NCBI RefSeq assembly: GCF_964204645.1
Contig: NC_134027.1
Span: forward strand, 3,876,485-3,940,484
Direction: 5' to 3'
Source: Tubulanus polymorphus
Lineage: Eukaryota > Animalia > Nemertea
Length of the DNA: 64,000 nucleotides
The translations under genes and the position numbers were made by a program. The notes under the pieces were generated by a model. That model saw only the letters and a list, made by a program, of their open reading frames with translations. It was not told the origin of the DNA and made no database searches. Each line of letters begins with the position of its first letter. The stretch's first letter is position 1. Positions 1-13,100 of this stretch are shown here, one piece after another.

Positions 1-3000
1 CGGGACTTTCGGTGAAATCCATTTCAAACCGCAGTATCAAATTACTGGTGTACACGAAGATTGTGTGTTTGTGCAGAATCGATGGTGATGAATTCTAAGT
101 GGGAAATCAAATTAAATTGCTGAAATGCGTGGTACTATATACGCATTTGCTCGTATGCAAAATGCTGTTTGGTTCGATCTAACAATATCCTTTCGAACGC
201 ATGTTTCTTAACTATACCGAAGATTAAATACATCATCCCCGCGCTACAAGTTATACAGTTACGTAAAAAGACAATTCGTTGTCTGGGATCTTACTATTCT
301 ATAAAATGGCAGTGCAGCTCATAAATGATTACTGAAATTGAAATGTGGCCCATTTAGGCTTTTAACTCTCGTCAATTATTCATTTAACCTGCATTTCACT
401 TTTAATCGTTGTGTTCTAACAGGGAGATTTATGTTGTAGTTTGTAAGCTGATCCCGAATGTAAAATAGCAATTAGACGTGTAAGGTTTGTGAACGATGAA
501 CTGATGAATTAGAATGTTGTCGTTAAACTGATAACTGCCGATTAATCATCGTATAACCCTTAATGTCAGGCGATAGCTAATTGAGAGAAACTGATTACCA
601 GATACTGCTGAAAAATGTTGACAGATCAATGAAATCTCCATTCACAACATAAAGCTGATGGTTTTCAATGTTTGAAAAATGGAGAATCCATGTTTTCACA
701 CGGTTCATTTTTACACACAACGTACATTTTGTTACAAAATGTATTGAAAATTTTATGTCAAGTCGCATTAGGAACTCTGATGATTTCAAAGTGTCAAAGC
801 TTTTTGCCATGAAGTGGAATATTCTTATCAGTGTATTTGAAGTTATAAGGACATTAGCGAGGAGAATCACGATTCAGGATTAGGGATGTTATCTGTTTTC
901 GCTACTTCCATTTCGTGTATCGCATGCACGCTGCGTCAGAAATAAAAATAATCCTTTTCCGTCGAACTAAAAACTTGTCCACAGTCAATGGCTCAAAAAG
1001 ATATTTGAAATCGATAAATCGATATTGAAAGCGATCAATCTACGTCGTAAAATCGTCGAGTGAGCGATGATGTCTGACAGCTCGAGTCGACACGGGATGT
1101 TGAATGAATACACATCGAATTCCCCCATTCACAACGCAATTCTTTGAATCCACATTCTATCCAGATTATTTTATATTTGTCTATCAGACCTCAAATAAAA
1201 CCAGTCGGTAGCAAATATTTAAATTAGCTAGAGTTTCAAATAACATTTCCTCTGACGCACACCGGGACGATCGATTCGTCCAGTTGATGAATTATGTAGA
1301 AAACGAAGGTTGTTGTTGTTATACTATACGCGGAAATTGTTATTTCGTTATTCGTTGCGTTGCTGCATCTGAACTATTCACGCGGAATCAAACAATTATT
1401 TTTAGTCGATGTGCATTGTCAAACAGCTTCATTTCAAATAAGGCAACAGCTGAATAATTGTAAGTGACTTGATTTGCTGATAATGAATAGTTTTGTTGCT
1501 GCCCGTCCAACTTTGGAATATCTGAGAAATTACGGATTTAAACGTATTTCATGCAAACTCCTGTCTGACAGGACATCAAATGACATCATTTAGAATTAAC
1601 TTCGTCAAGTTGAGTGAGTGTTGATATGTTTTATCTACTCCGTATTGACAGGCTATATTCCCCAGATTCGATTTCAGTTTTTAATTGATGCATAATTAGA
1701 GTTTGTGTTTCATCGATTCAGTTTCTATTTGAGTCAGGCGGAATTTACTTTTAACGATAGATTACGGTTACGTTCCACGTTAAATTCCGTGCTCACAAGA
1801 AAAGCTTGGACCGATCGGGACCAAAGGCAAATTCACAACCTGTCACTCAATCGGAGATTTCCATTGATTACGTATCGTGTGAATGTTTTTTTTCTCGATC
1901 AAATTGATTGTTTTGCCCACAATAAATGCAGAAGATATTCGTAATCCATCGACAATTGTGATTGATTCGAGTCGTAACGATGGAATAAATGGCGCGCAAA
2001 CGGCTAAATTTCCCAGTCATAGTCCGGACACAATCACTGAATCATTATCCAACCTACAACCGATATCTAAAAGTATGAATTTCATTACATTAGTCTATTA
2101 TGTTCTTTTCTCGTGATTTGTGGCGGGCAACGAGACACAGAATTGTTTTATTTGACAGCTGAAAACCATTCGCTGTAAAATATTATACTGGTCAGTATGC
2201 GTAACGACCGGAAGATATCGTTCTGCTAAAGCGATTAATCTTCCCGTACCTAATGACATCAAATATTGCGACAGTGTTGCAGTGATAAGCCAACGGTAGG
2301 TCATCTCTAACTTCGACAAGGTGGACTAATGAAGTGCGTGAGAAGTCTGTGATAAGGGCTTTCCATGTACGTCTATGGCGAGACTTGATGGTCGGTGAAG
2401 CCTCGCTAAATCTTTCCAATGATCCGACATTACAAACCGAACAGGAAAAATGTGCGACGCGTTAATGATAAATGACTTGTTTGGGAACGAGGAGGACTAA
2501 GACTCTATCGAGGCCGGTAGATTGTATTCCGATCCTTGTTTTCAACCCATGGGTTTGATCCATCACAATTACATTCAACTCGTGCTCATCCGAGATATTT
2601 AATGATCAAACGGCTAATTTACCCTCGCTGAACAGATAGGAGATACAGACGGAAAATACAGATGCCAATTTCCTGAAATATATTGCTCGTACCGCACCTA
2701 TTTATTAGATACTGAAGCACATTGCGTCATCCTTTTAAAAAGAACCATTTCAATCGAGAATCGAACATTTTGACCTCATTTACTGCTGTTCAACAGAATA
2801 TCGATAGTTAATAGGGTATAATTTTCAGCTAGTAAATGTTTTGTGGGAAGGTTTGAACTGTTCTGCGGTGTGCGAACGTTCCAATATATGACGAAGAACG
2901 ACTTAGCGAGATTACGTCATCCCACGCTTGTCAATGTTCTCATCAGAGTTAACAGTTTTCAGCCTGAAAATAGTCAATAACTAGTTTTTTTTTCGTGTTT

Positions 3001-6000
3001 AAGCAGTTAGGAACTGAACTGTCTGCACTACTCTAAATGTACAGGAGCTCTTCCATACTCGAGATAGCTTCCGGCGACGAGCCAAACTAATATCACTGAC
3101 AGCGTCGACAAAAGAAGTGCAGGTCGTTGATTTTCGTGTTAAGTACATATTCATTTGTTTTGAGCCAATATGACAAATGGTATCTCAAAAGATACATCGT
3201 TATATCCTTCGTTGGATAGCGTTTTCGTACATTTACTTTATGCGTGAGAAATTACAGCCGCTGGTGACGCTTCTCCGGCCTCACCCAAATACAGACAACA
3301 CTATCACCGTATGTTAAACGCCATAAGCAAGTGCAATGACACCAAATTTATGGCGATTGGGTTGAGAGACTGTGCAGCAGATACATCTCCAGCCTAGACA
3401 GAAATTGGTAATAAAACATGTCAGTATACAGTTGTCTCAACAACGTAACTGCTATCGTGACATTTTAATGTCGCTTTTAACATGGATATTCCCGGCATAT
3501 CAACAGTCACCGAAATTAGTTTTAATCACAATATCTTCCGTGACACAACCATGGCCTCCCGTTTAATCATCCACAACGTTGTTCGTGATAACGCAAATAT
3601 TTGTTTTCCGTCTTTCTGGCTGCTAAGTTATGATATCCTCAGTTTAGGAATGAGAAGAACAGTTTGAGACCCACTGATTCTCTTGCAGATGCGATCATAG
3701 ACGAAAGTGATTTGAAGTGCTCTTTCACAATTGAAGATTGAACGCTCACAGGCAGGTGGATTCTTTATGCAAAGGAAATCGAACTTGGATTTAAGCCACT
3801 TCAATCACCAATGGCGTTTACACATTGCAGAATATTGAGGTGAACAAGTCTGTCCAACGACCAAAGGATAACAAAAGTACATGTAAAAAGATACAAACAT
3901 CAAAGCATTTAGGATAATGCGTCTCGACAATATTGATGCATTTCCATATCATATATGAATAAGATAGTCCCTTTGATTGTTGGGACCTTCTCGTCCATCC
4001 TGAAATTTCTTTATCATCTTTGATCTTTTCAAAACTAGTCCAGAAGCTTTCTTTATCAAACACATATCTTAAAGTGGGAGCGTAAGCAGAGATTTTGGAT
4101 GCTATTAATCAGAAAATATACAGACGCATACATACGCAAGACGTGTCTCAGGTGGAATTTCAGTGAAAGCTGATAGTCTATTATAGGTCTACTGGCAATA
4201 ACCAATAAAGGTATACGTATTTTCCGGCTTCTCAGACATAAAGCACTTATATTGTTGATTATCATATGTTGTTGGGCTTTCCTCGCAGTAATGATTTCGA
4301 TGGATGTTTTCCGTTTGACATAAAGGGCTTCATTTTTTCAAATAAATTGATAGAGCTATAGCTATACGATTGTTCAGGTCCGATGTTGACATTATTAGTA
4401 AGTAAGTTTGTAACATCGAATGTCACGAAGTTTGACGCCTATTGCAGATATTTTTTGTCGATGAACCAATTATCAGTAGACACGTTATCTCGCATTGCTC
4501 GTTCACTGAAAACGCGTTTTATTACCTAAAAATATCGAGTAATTTATTGTCTATTTGACCAACTTCCTAAACAGCCCTAAATCTAGCTGATGAAGTGATT
4601 AAGTGACAATCAATGTCATTTTTACGGCTACGTCGAGTCGGAATGAGGGCAATGACGTTTCATATATATCACACAAACGCTGCCGCTAGCAACTTCACAA
4701 ATAAGAAATTTCTCATGTCTCTGGACACACGAATGGGCTATGTATCACTTATATCGCAAAAATGCCAGTTATCAGAAAAGTTAAAGGATATCGCCTTTAA
4801 GATTGATAATAAGTATGGATCGCTGTATTGTACCATATATTTCATTGCTTTTCGCTGTTTGTTTGTTTTTTCTTGATAGATCTATAGGCGTGTCAGCTTG
4901 CACATGTGTCACACTTTGTCAGGTTTCGAATTTGTTGAGGTTGATAAATCAGGTTCATACGGCTTGATACAAAAACAGTAAATATTAGGAGAACCACAAT
5001 TCCAATATACAGATTTTAGGCAATAGTCTTGGATGTGGGGTCCCCGTGGGGTAGTTTGTCATACGGTGCAATGTTTGCGTTGTTTATCGGAAGAGTGAAT
5101 ATTTATAAAAGCAACCTCGGAAATTGGATTAGAAAACATTCCTCTCGATTCGACCAGCAGACGATATTCAATGAAGTCTCGTCTGTGACAAAATCCAATC
5201 AAAATTTCAAATCAGAAATTAATTCGATAGGAAATTATTTCATGGCGAAGAAATTGGGAGAAAATAGAAAAACTTGTTCCGGTACGCGGCAATCATTTCA
5301 ATTCTTCAGACGCAGGCATCAGATTGATGATTAGAGTTCTGAAAAAGTTGGCTGCCAAGAGCAGAATCTTCAACGTTATAAAATCTATTTTCGAATTTCG
5401 TCTTCAACGAGAAAATACGTAACCAAAGATGCAATGCAGATGCGTGAGCTATCGAAGAATTGAGGTAAGTCATTTGGCCGACTTGGTTAGCTCTAAAAAG
5501 CCATTTGAAAACCGAGTATAGTGTTTACACCTGTCCGACTTTGCAAAACCATTCAGGTAGATGTTCAGTTGGCAGGTATTTACGAAAACACTTGTTCACC
5601 TGTTACAGATGCCGTTCAGTACCAATATCTCGGGTTTCGCCATGAATCGAATGTGTAAAATATGTACAACAACAAGGCAACTTATATTACTACTGGTCTT
5701 TTAGAAAGAGAAAACGCGCCTATGTGCGTGCTATGTAAAACGGTTGCAAAATCTATATTGATTATGACAATAGAAGACATCATATTTTTCAGCTGTCGTG
5801 GCAGCTGCTCAGTACATTAAAGACAATTACGACTATTGTAATAAAATCGAATGTAATGTTTCTATACCCGTTAACGAGTGTTCATTTGAATCGTTCCTAG
5901 CTAGCTTCAAGTGGTGAAGCGATCGCTAGAAATAATAGGAAACGTCATCATTCGCTGTCTGGAACTAGTTATCTACCAGATTTGTGATGGTATAGATTGT

Positions 6001-7941
6001 CTCTTGATTGTCCAATAAATCATGTCATAACTATCAACAACTGAACGGCATTACAAAAACATTAACATACAAATCCGGCTTCTGATGATTATTGACAACG
6101 ATGTTTAACTTTGATGAACCCGCGGCAAGCTCGAAAAACCAACGTTTCTAAGATGCATCGTCACACTGCTTATGCCACTTCTGAATAAACTTGGAAACAT
6201 CCGACCATTTCGGCCTGGTCAATCATTCTCATCCAGCATTAAATGATATAGGCAAATGTATGGGCAAAACAAGCCGTCAACATCAGGAACTACATATTGA
6301 ATCTGTAGATTTAGAACTTAAGCAACAAACTTCATCTTGTCAATTGAACCCGATGAGGTTTGTTGTCGTTCAGAATTTACACATTGCCGGCAGCTGATAG
6401 CGAAGTTAATAGCGTTGTTAGCCTCGACTCTCCGCGCTAGGGTAAATACAACACCATCGACCTGAAGTTAAATGACGGGGTTTAAGAACGACCGGCAAGA
6501 AACATTAATTCTAACGCCTGTGGTAATACAACAAGTAATCCGTGGTTTCTGATGCGAGAGTTTCTATGATAGACGGGATTTGATCTCGATGTCGTAAATC
6601 TTCAAAATTGATGGTCTCCGTTGACTCCTCCTCCACTGCATGGCGCCAGATGAAGAATTACGAAATAAGAAATATGATTGGTGATTATTAATTATCTATG
6701 GTACTGGTGCTGGTGCTGGTTATTCATCTTGATATCGGCGTTAATCATCAATTAGAAATTTGAGAGAATATTATGCAAATACGAGCATCATTTCGATTCA
6801 TTAAATGATGCTAAAGATATCTAAAGCATAACGCTCAGAAGTCAACTTTAATTAGGCCATATTTGTAAAAGAAACTGCTTGAAAGAAAATCAAGCAGACA
6901 GAGTACTAATCAGTGATTGCTCGATTCGGTATAAAAGTCGCAACATTCAGTATTGACAGTGGAAGAATTGGATTTGTTCTAGACGTCAGAACAATCTTCA
7001 CGGTTGTACTCGGTAAGCCGAACTCTATAGTGTTTTTGTACACGGGAGAAGAACTTCCAGAATCCCCGAATAACGTCCATCAACCGCGCCAAATCCAATC
7101 TCTAGCGATTTGTCGATCGCAAGTCAAACTGTCAGTGCAATTCTTATATGATTTCTCCCAATCGAGCAATTGTTATACGTTTGCTAGATGGAAATTTGTC
7201 AGGTGTGACTGGACATTCATAGAACAGTCCATCAATGTAGCACTTTGTGATTTGTGCTTGGATTGCTGCTGTGATTGATCGTATGCGTCACGGGTGTATA
7301 TATATCATAGTTTTCTTCTGTTCCTCCGATATTCGATCTAAATAGAAATTCTCTGTTTTTTTCATATCTTTCAAAGAGACTATTGTTCATTCAGAGAAGA
7401 CTGATCGCTTTGGATATTTCATTTGACTGACAGATCCAAAGGATTGAGACGTCCGATATTTCTGTCTTTAAAGACGGCCTACATTTTCCAGATGAAATTA
7501 GCGCCTTCATCTCAAAGGTTCGGTTTCAAATGAAACACGATCGCACTGTCAGTACTAATTCGAATGAATCTTTCATCAATAGATATTGCATCAAACATTT
7601 CCACATCGTCTGTTTAACTCACTGGCGTTATCTACCTGAAATTTTCATAGGATCATTCTCTTGTTGCGGGAGAAAGCACGTTGAAAATGAATTATTCTGT
7701 TTTCTCCGTGGAATATTTCAACGAGTCAGTACGCGCACAACAGGCGGTTTTACATGAACTGTGGATCGGTCGACAATGGTAAATCACCAACTTATCGAGT
7801 ATTGTCGATGCCGCCAATTAGCTGATTTTCGATCGATTTACGAGCGTGTTGTATTGAAGAGTTAATGACGCAATAACGACTAACAACTCGTGTCCACTGA
7901 TCCAGCAATATACCGACCACTCGCTTGCAGCAAAGACTTAA

Positions 7942-8138
7942 CGCCCCTTATACCCCTGTTTTTAGTCTATATCTCACACCAGCTGACGATGATCTCTAGG
8001 GTGAGATCGAAACGTCGTGTCTTTTATATATTTTAGATTGAATAGATAAATTCTGATTTTTAAATTCTTTTAATCTGTAAATAGTGGGATTTTATCTTAT
8101 TATCCGTTCACCATGTTTGAGTGTGGTTATCGTTCTAT
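7942..8138 (+). mobile_element. Short (197 bp) retroposed element with a hammerhead motif; Penelope-like pseudo-LTR / non-LTR retrozyme-type monomer
   Basis: Seen: flanked by a perfect 10-bp direct repeat AAAGACTTAA (7932-7941 and 8139-8148), read as a TSD; contains a CTGACGA...GAAACGTC hammerhead core followed by an AT-rich tail. Family assignment is inferred from the known association of minimal hammerheads with Penelope-like elements. Confidence 0.7.
7980..8019 (+). ncRNA. Minimal type I hammerhead ribozyme motif (stem I degenerate)
   Basis: CUGACGA (7983-7989), one extra U, perfect 6-bp stem II GATCTC/GAGATC (7991-7996/8003-8008), GAAA (8009-8012), then C-G-U-C with the cleavage triplet GUC ending at 8016. 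Stem III is only the palindrome ACGU. Stem I (CAG vs GUG) has a G-G mismatch next to the core. Confidence 0.65.
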
Positions 8139-10042
8139 AAAGACTTAATGAATTCAAACGAATTTCGGAATATGATGCTGCCCGGTCTAGTTATTCATAT
8201 CATCCCTTGGCAGGGATTCTAACCTCAGAACATGGTATTTTAATAATCGGTGATCGCGAAGAGGCCTGCTTATTGCGATTGAAGTAAACCCATTTTATTT
8301 TAGGAAATGACACGACATTCAAAGCGAGGTAGGTATACGCGTGTACTTTAAGTCCAGTAGTACAATCAATGTTGCATCACGCAATTCCTACATCAAACAA
8401 TCCTATTACAATCACTTATTTATTTCAAGCTGACATATAAAACACTCCCTTCATCGCCAACAAAATTATCTTATATCAGAACCTATCATTGCACTCGCTT
8501 ATGAGCATAACGACTTGAGAGTAATTAGGACAATGTTTCTCGAGGTTTTGGAACTCATGGGTTATTCAACGAAAAGTGTATGATAAGTGTATGATAACAT
8601 TTTCTTATCCACTCTGTTCTGTACTGTCCATAACAAGCGAAATCAGCCTAGACAACTTTACGACGGACAATTATCTCTTTTCATGCTCTCAAACCCCATG
8701 TTACCTCGATGCACTGTTGCGCTTTTGAATATTCATGGAGATTTGAAATTGCAGTTGGTTTTAAGTAGCACTTTCTGATTCCAATCATGATGGATGTTAA
8801 TTCAACATTCATACAGGATATTACGTACCCACTTAAAAAGGCCACTTTATGACATGGTATCGTCGATTTGTTTTGATTAGCCTATGCAGGATGTATGGGT
8901 TAATTGCTTGTGAGCACGAGATAAGTAATCCATACAGAAGGGCAGCAATACACATTATGAGCGACATATGCATTATGATATCATGGCCATTATCCAAATC
9001 AATAGTGTTAATGACTGTATTGATAATGAATTATAATCCACGAGTTCCACATCCATAACATCCGAAATAAGTTGTGTTCTTCAAAACATCGTTGTCACTT
9101 AAAGAGTTTCGATACCACTTCAATTCTACAAAATGGATTGAAGCTTGAAATGATGATTTGTTACATCTGAGAAAGTTATGTAAATTTCGGTCAACTGTTC
9201 GAAGTTTCGTTTTTGAGTCCATGATTTCATCGACCAAAATTTGGTCTCGTAAACAAATTTGTTTATTGTATTGTGCAACCTAAGATTGAAGTGACCTCCG
9301 GAATTCGTTCCCAATCGAAACCAGTGTCTTCATAGAGCATGTTTCCAGTGTTTCCTTTTAGTTCTTGTCTCAAATCAAGGATGGCAAGGAACACCTGACA
9401 ACAAGGCAAATAGATTTGCCACAAAGAGTGCATCGTTTATCGAATTTCCAAATGCCATTAGCAAAGTAAAAACTACTTGAAAACCCTTCTGTTTCATCGA
9501 AGCCATTTTGGCGACAGGTAAATAGTGAGGCCGCGGGGCTCTGTATCATCAGTTAGATTATTGTCATCATCCACACACAAAAGGAAGGCTCTCGGTGTAT
9601 CCGGATACGCGCAGTCGCTAAGGCCTGGAAATATCCACAAAAAACCTCGGACTATTTCACTACAGGTTTCTAATTTAAGGACAAGAACAATTCGTTCATG
9701 TCTCGAGCCGTCAATGTTTGCGATTGCGAAATAAGACCTCAAAAATATGACTAAATTCTTAATTTGTTATTCTTGAATCGTACTTCATACGGCGTACGTT
9801 AAAAGGCACTTGAATTAGGAAGTGGAGTTGAAATATTAACAGAACTAGCTAGTAATGAGTGGAATTCAATGTTGCAGTTGTTGCTGATAACATACTCTCG
9901 GTTTAAACCGTATGTCTTTCCTTCAAAAATAAACCTTGATTATTGAACGAAATATAATAGATATTTCTCTTAGTTTCTTATCGTTGTCTTCGTTTCAACA
10001 TCCCTCACAATAAACGTATATGATACTTTGGACATTTTCAGT

Positions 10043-10120
10043 TTTCAAAGTCGCGTATGTAATTGGAACATTAAAACGCCGTTTCAAAGTTGCGTATGTA
10101 ATTGGAACATTAAAACGCCG
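10043..10120. repeat. 39-bp tandem duplication (2 copies, 1 mismatch)
   Basis: TTTCAAAGT(C/T)GCGTATGTAATTGGAACATTAAAACGCCG at 10043-10081 and 10082-10120. Confidence 0.95.
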
Positions 10121-13100
10121 CCTGCGATTGTTTCCCATCAAAATGATTGGATTGTTCGATCAATTTGTACCGTTTGACAGATCAGACTTATCCATCGCGT
10201 AGAAACATAATTTGTATGCGTGACACGTATCTAGATGACGTCAGAACGGCGTCATCTCCAACTGAATGGGCTATTTCTGGAATGGATCGATTAGATAGAT
10301 CAGCTTCGGTCCCCGACCCGATATAGCCGAGTATGATTGATGACTGAAGTGACTTGACATGAGTTCTACGGACAAACCAAGGGAGATGGAAAAACGTCTC
10401 ACTGTCTTAATTGATAATAAACTTTGACTTTGGATTCTGGGTTGTTCGTACAATTGGCGATGACTGTAGTAACATTGTAATCACTCGAGGCCCATTATGA
10501 TCTCGGACAATTCAGACTGATTACTCCAAGCTACAATCAATACCAAAAAATATTCACTGATCCTTACTCCTTGATAGGTTAGTCGTATCAATGGATAAGA
10601 TACACCTGACCAAAAGCAGTAGCTACTATAGACTCTCAATTAGCGTTCATACTACCGCACAGCCATTCCACCAGATGAGAATTAATCTAATTTTGGTCAG
10701 TACATGCAAAGCGGATAAACTGGCCAATTTCCTCAATTATTGGACAGCGTTCAAAGTCCCCGAAGATTCTGAGTCTCACGGTTGGTAATTACTTGGATCA
10801 ACTAAATATACAGCTTCGAATCGCCTACAGGTGGTACACATTTAATAGGAATCTGCGTCCACCTGTCTCGTCACAAGTAAGTGAAACAATCATGCAATAT
10901 CTTAATCTAGCCCTGTCTAAATGATTATTGTAACATACAACTAAACGAATAACTACTGGCCACCATTGGCTAGTGAGTGTGAGAATGTTAGCTTCTTCCA
11001 TTTAACATCATTAACTTGTATAGACCAACTTATCATCAAACTGTCTGTAAATATAGTTTGATATTAAATAACAAATGAAAAAAAAAATGTGTCGGTGTTA
11101 ATTAAATAGAGGTCCACGATACGGTGGTCACCATATACATACATCACGCATTACGGGCATTTTCGTAATCTCGTAATGTCTCGTCAACCGCAAATTTTAT
11201 TGGATGAATAGGAAGACCATGAAGTGCCGTATTTATGATCCATCATCGATATGAATAGGAAGAATTTGCTGCAATGCCTGCGTACGCTTACCACTCGGCT
11301 GACTTACCGAACAAATGAGCCAAAGCATGGTTTACGATCACATGGGTACTAAATGCTTGTTACGGGCCATCGGGGAAATAGTTTGGTCACACAGACGGTA
11401 GTTATGCTCACTCCACGTTGTTAATATCTCGAGAGAACTGGCCGCAATTTATCGCATTCACCTACGCTCCGAGAAACGGCTAAAAATTTTCAGATTAGTT
11501 ACTTCCTCGGCTGCCGGAAGTTCACCTCTATCCATTTAAGTCGGCGAGATGTAATACGGAAGTTAGTTGCCACTCATTCTGAAGTAGTTGAAAGAAAATG
11601 GAAACTATTTGTTGAGATCGTGGATAATGGGTGATCTAATAAAAATAACTGCAATTAAGTCTTTTCGTCTGATGTGTAGCACAACCTGAGGATATTACGC
11701 TATCGTTTGATCTTTGTTTGAACTATGTCAGCTTTTTATGATCTAGCTATTTAAAGATGTAGTTTAAAATATTATCCTCCGCCAGTAGAACTTACACGTC
11801 ATAAGTAACAGGATAATTAGCAGCCTTATGCTATACATCCATATCCTGTATTGATAAAATCGGAAAGTTATCATGGTATACGAAGGACTATGTAATGCTA
11901 AGTGCCATACTTCAAAGAATGACAAGTACTAGAAATCCGAAGGAAATGTATATAAAAATGTGTTATGAAGTCATAGAAATGAAACTCAATGAATATGATA
12001 CGCGATCATTATCAACTCATCTTGTTATTTAACTTCTAAGGTTGACAGGATACGGTGTATCAAATCCTGCACTCACAAAATAGATTCTATGTTTGCAGAA
12101 ATCTCATGCAGTTAATGGCTTGTGTCTGTAGAATTATGGATCGTGCGCGAGCTACTTTCGTTATATTTATACATAAATACTGCTGGTCAAAATCGAGACT
12201 GGGCACCGGTCCCCATGTGTATGTGAGACAGTCATGGGTCCAGCATCGACTCGCTTGTAGTCTATTCAATTCTCTCGTCGTCGTCGGTTATCGTGACAGA
12301 ATAGAAATCTGATGAGGTTTCCAACCATGTGGGATTAAAACATCGCTGACACAATCCACACACTTTCGCCTCGCGCACCTGATGATGAGTTTTTTACTGG
12401 GCAATCTTAATGGTAATTTTTGCCTGATGCAATCAGACAAAAACCCATTCTCTTGCCAATTAACTTCAATAAGCCTTTCTAATAAGCATTCCTCACGTTT
12501 CACAAGAAAATAATTAATACGCTTATGTCCCACGGCATTGTAATCTCGGGTCTTGTAAATTTGTGATGATGCCGTTCATTGAGCTCTTGTACAAAATGTA
12601 ATCAAGAAAACGAAAAGCGAGGATTTCAGACTAATTTTAGAAAGGATTTAAGAGATTTCTTTTATTGATATCAAAATTCTTAATAATGGGGTGAATATAC
12701 TGGTGAAAAACTAAATACCACAATAATTTTTACCGGTTGGAGCCTGGGAAATCTATCATTTCATTTTTTCACCCTTGTAAGATATATCATTTTCCAATGA
12801 TGAGGTGATGTGTTATTGGTACAGAGTTTTGGTTGTTTTCTATTTGTTGAACCTCATATGAGACAAAAAGAAAACACCAGAGATACATGATGCATTCGTT
12901 GGTCTTGAATGCACGTAAGAAACCAATCCGTGAAAGTAATCCGGCATTTGTATTTTTCATTTGTGACGAAATTTAATATTTGCTTCCGTCAGCAGTCTGT
13001 AATATACCCAGAAAGTCTGCCACAGGAAATTGCATTCGAAGGCGTTCGAGGGGGGCAATAAAAGTTAGGGCGCGACTTGCGCGTATAGAATTTCACAGAA

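Noticed and set aside
6318-6461. Minus-strand acceptor plus a 47-aa frame containing NNAINF, considered as TRHR exon 2
   Set aside because: No hydrophobic TM6, no WxPYR and no NPxxY; the resemblance is probably chance.
10480-10800. Possible decayed LINE 3' end
   Set aside because: No convincing RT or C-terminal motif could be read in any frame; it would need a profile search.
12305-12350. CTGATGA followed by a weak stem, a possible second hammerhead
   Set aside because: The GAAA box is missing (TAAAA), stem II is poor and there is no stem I.
13045-13075. CGAGGGGGGCAATAAAAGT resembling a mariner TIR
   Set aside because: No partner inverted repeat, TA TSD or transposase remnant was found.
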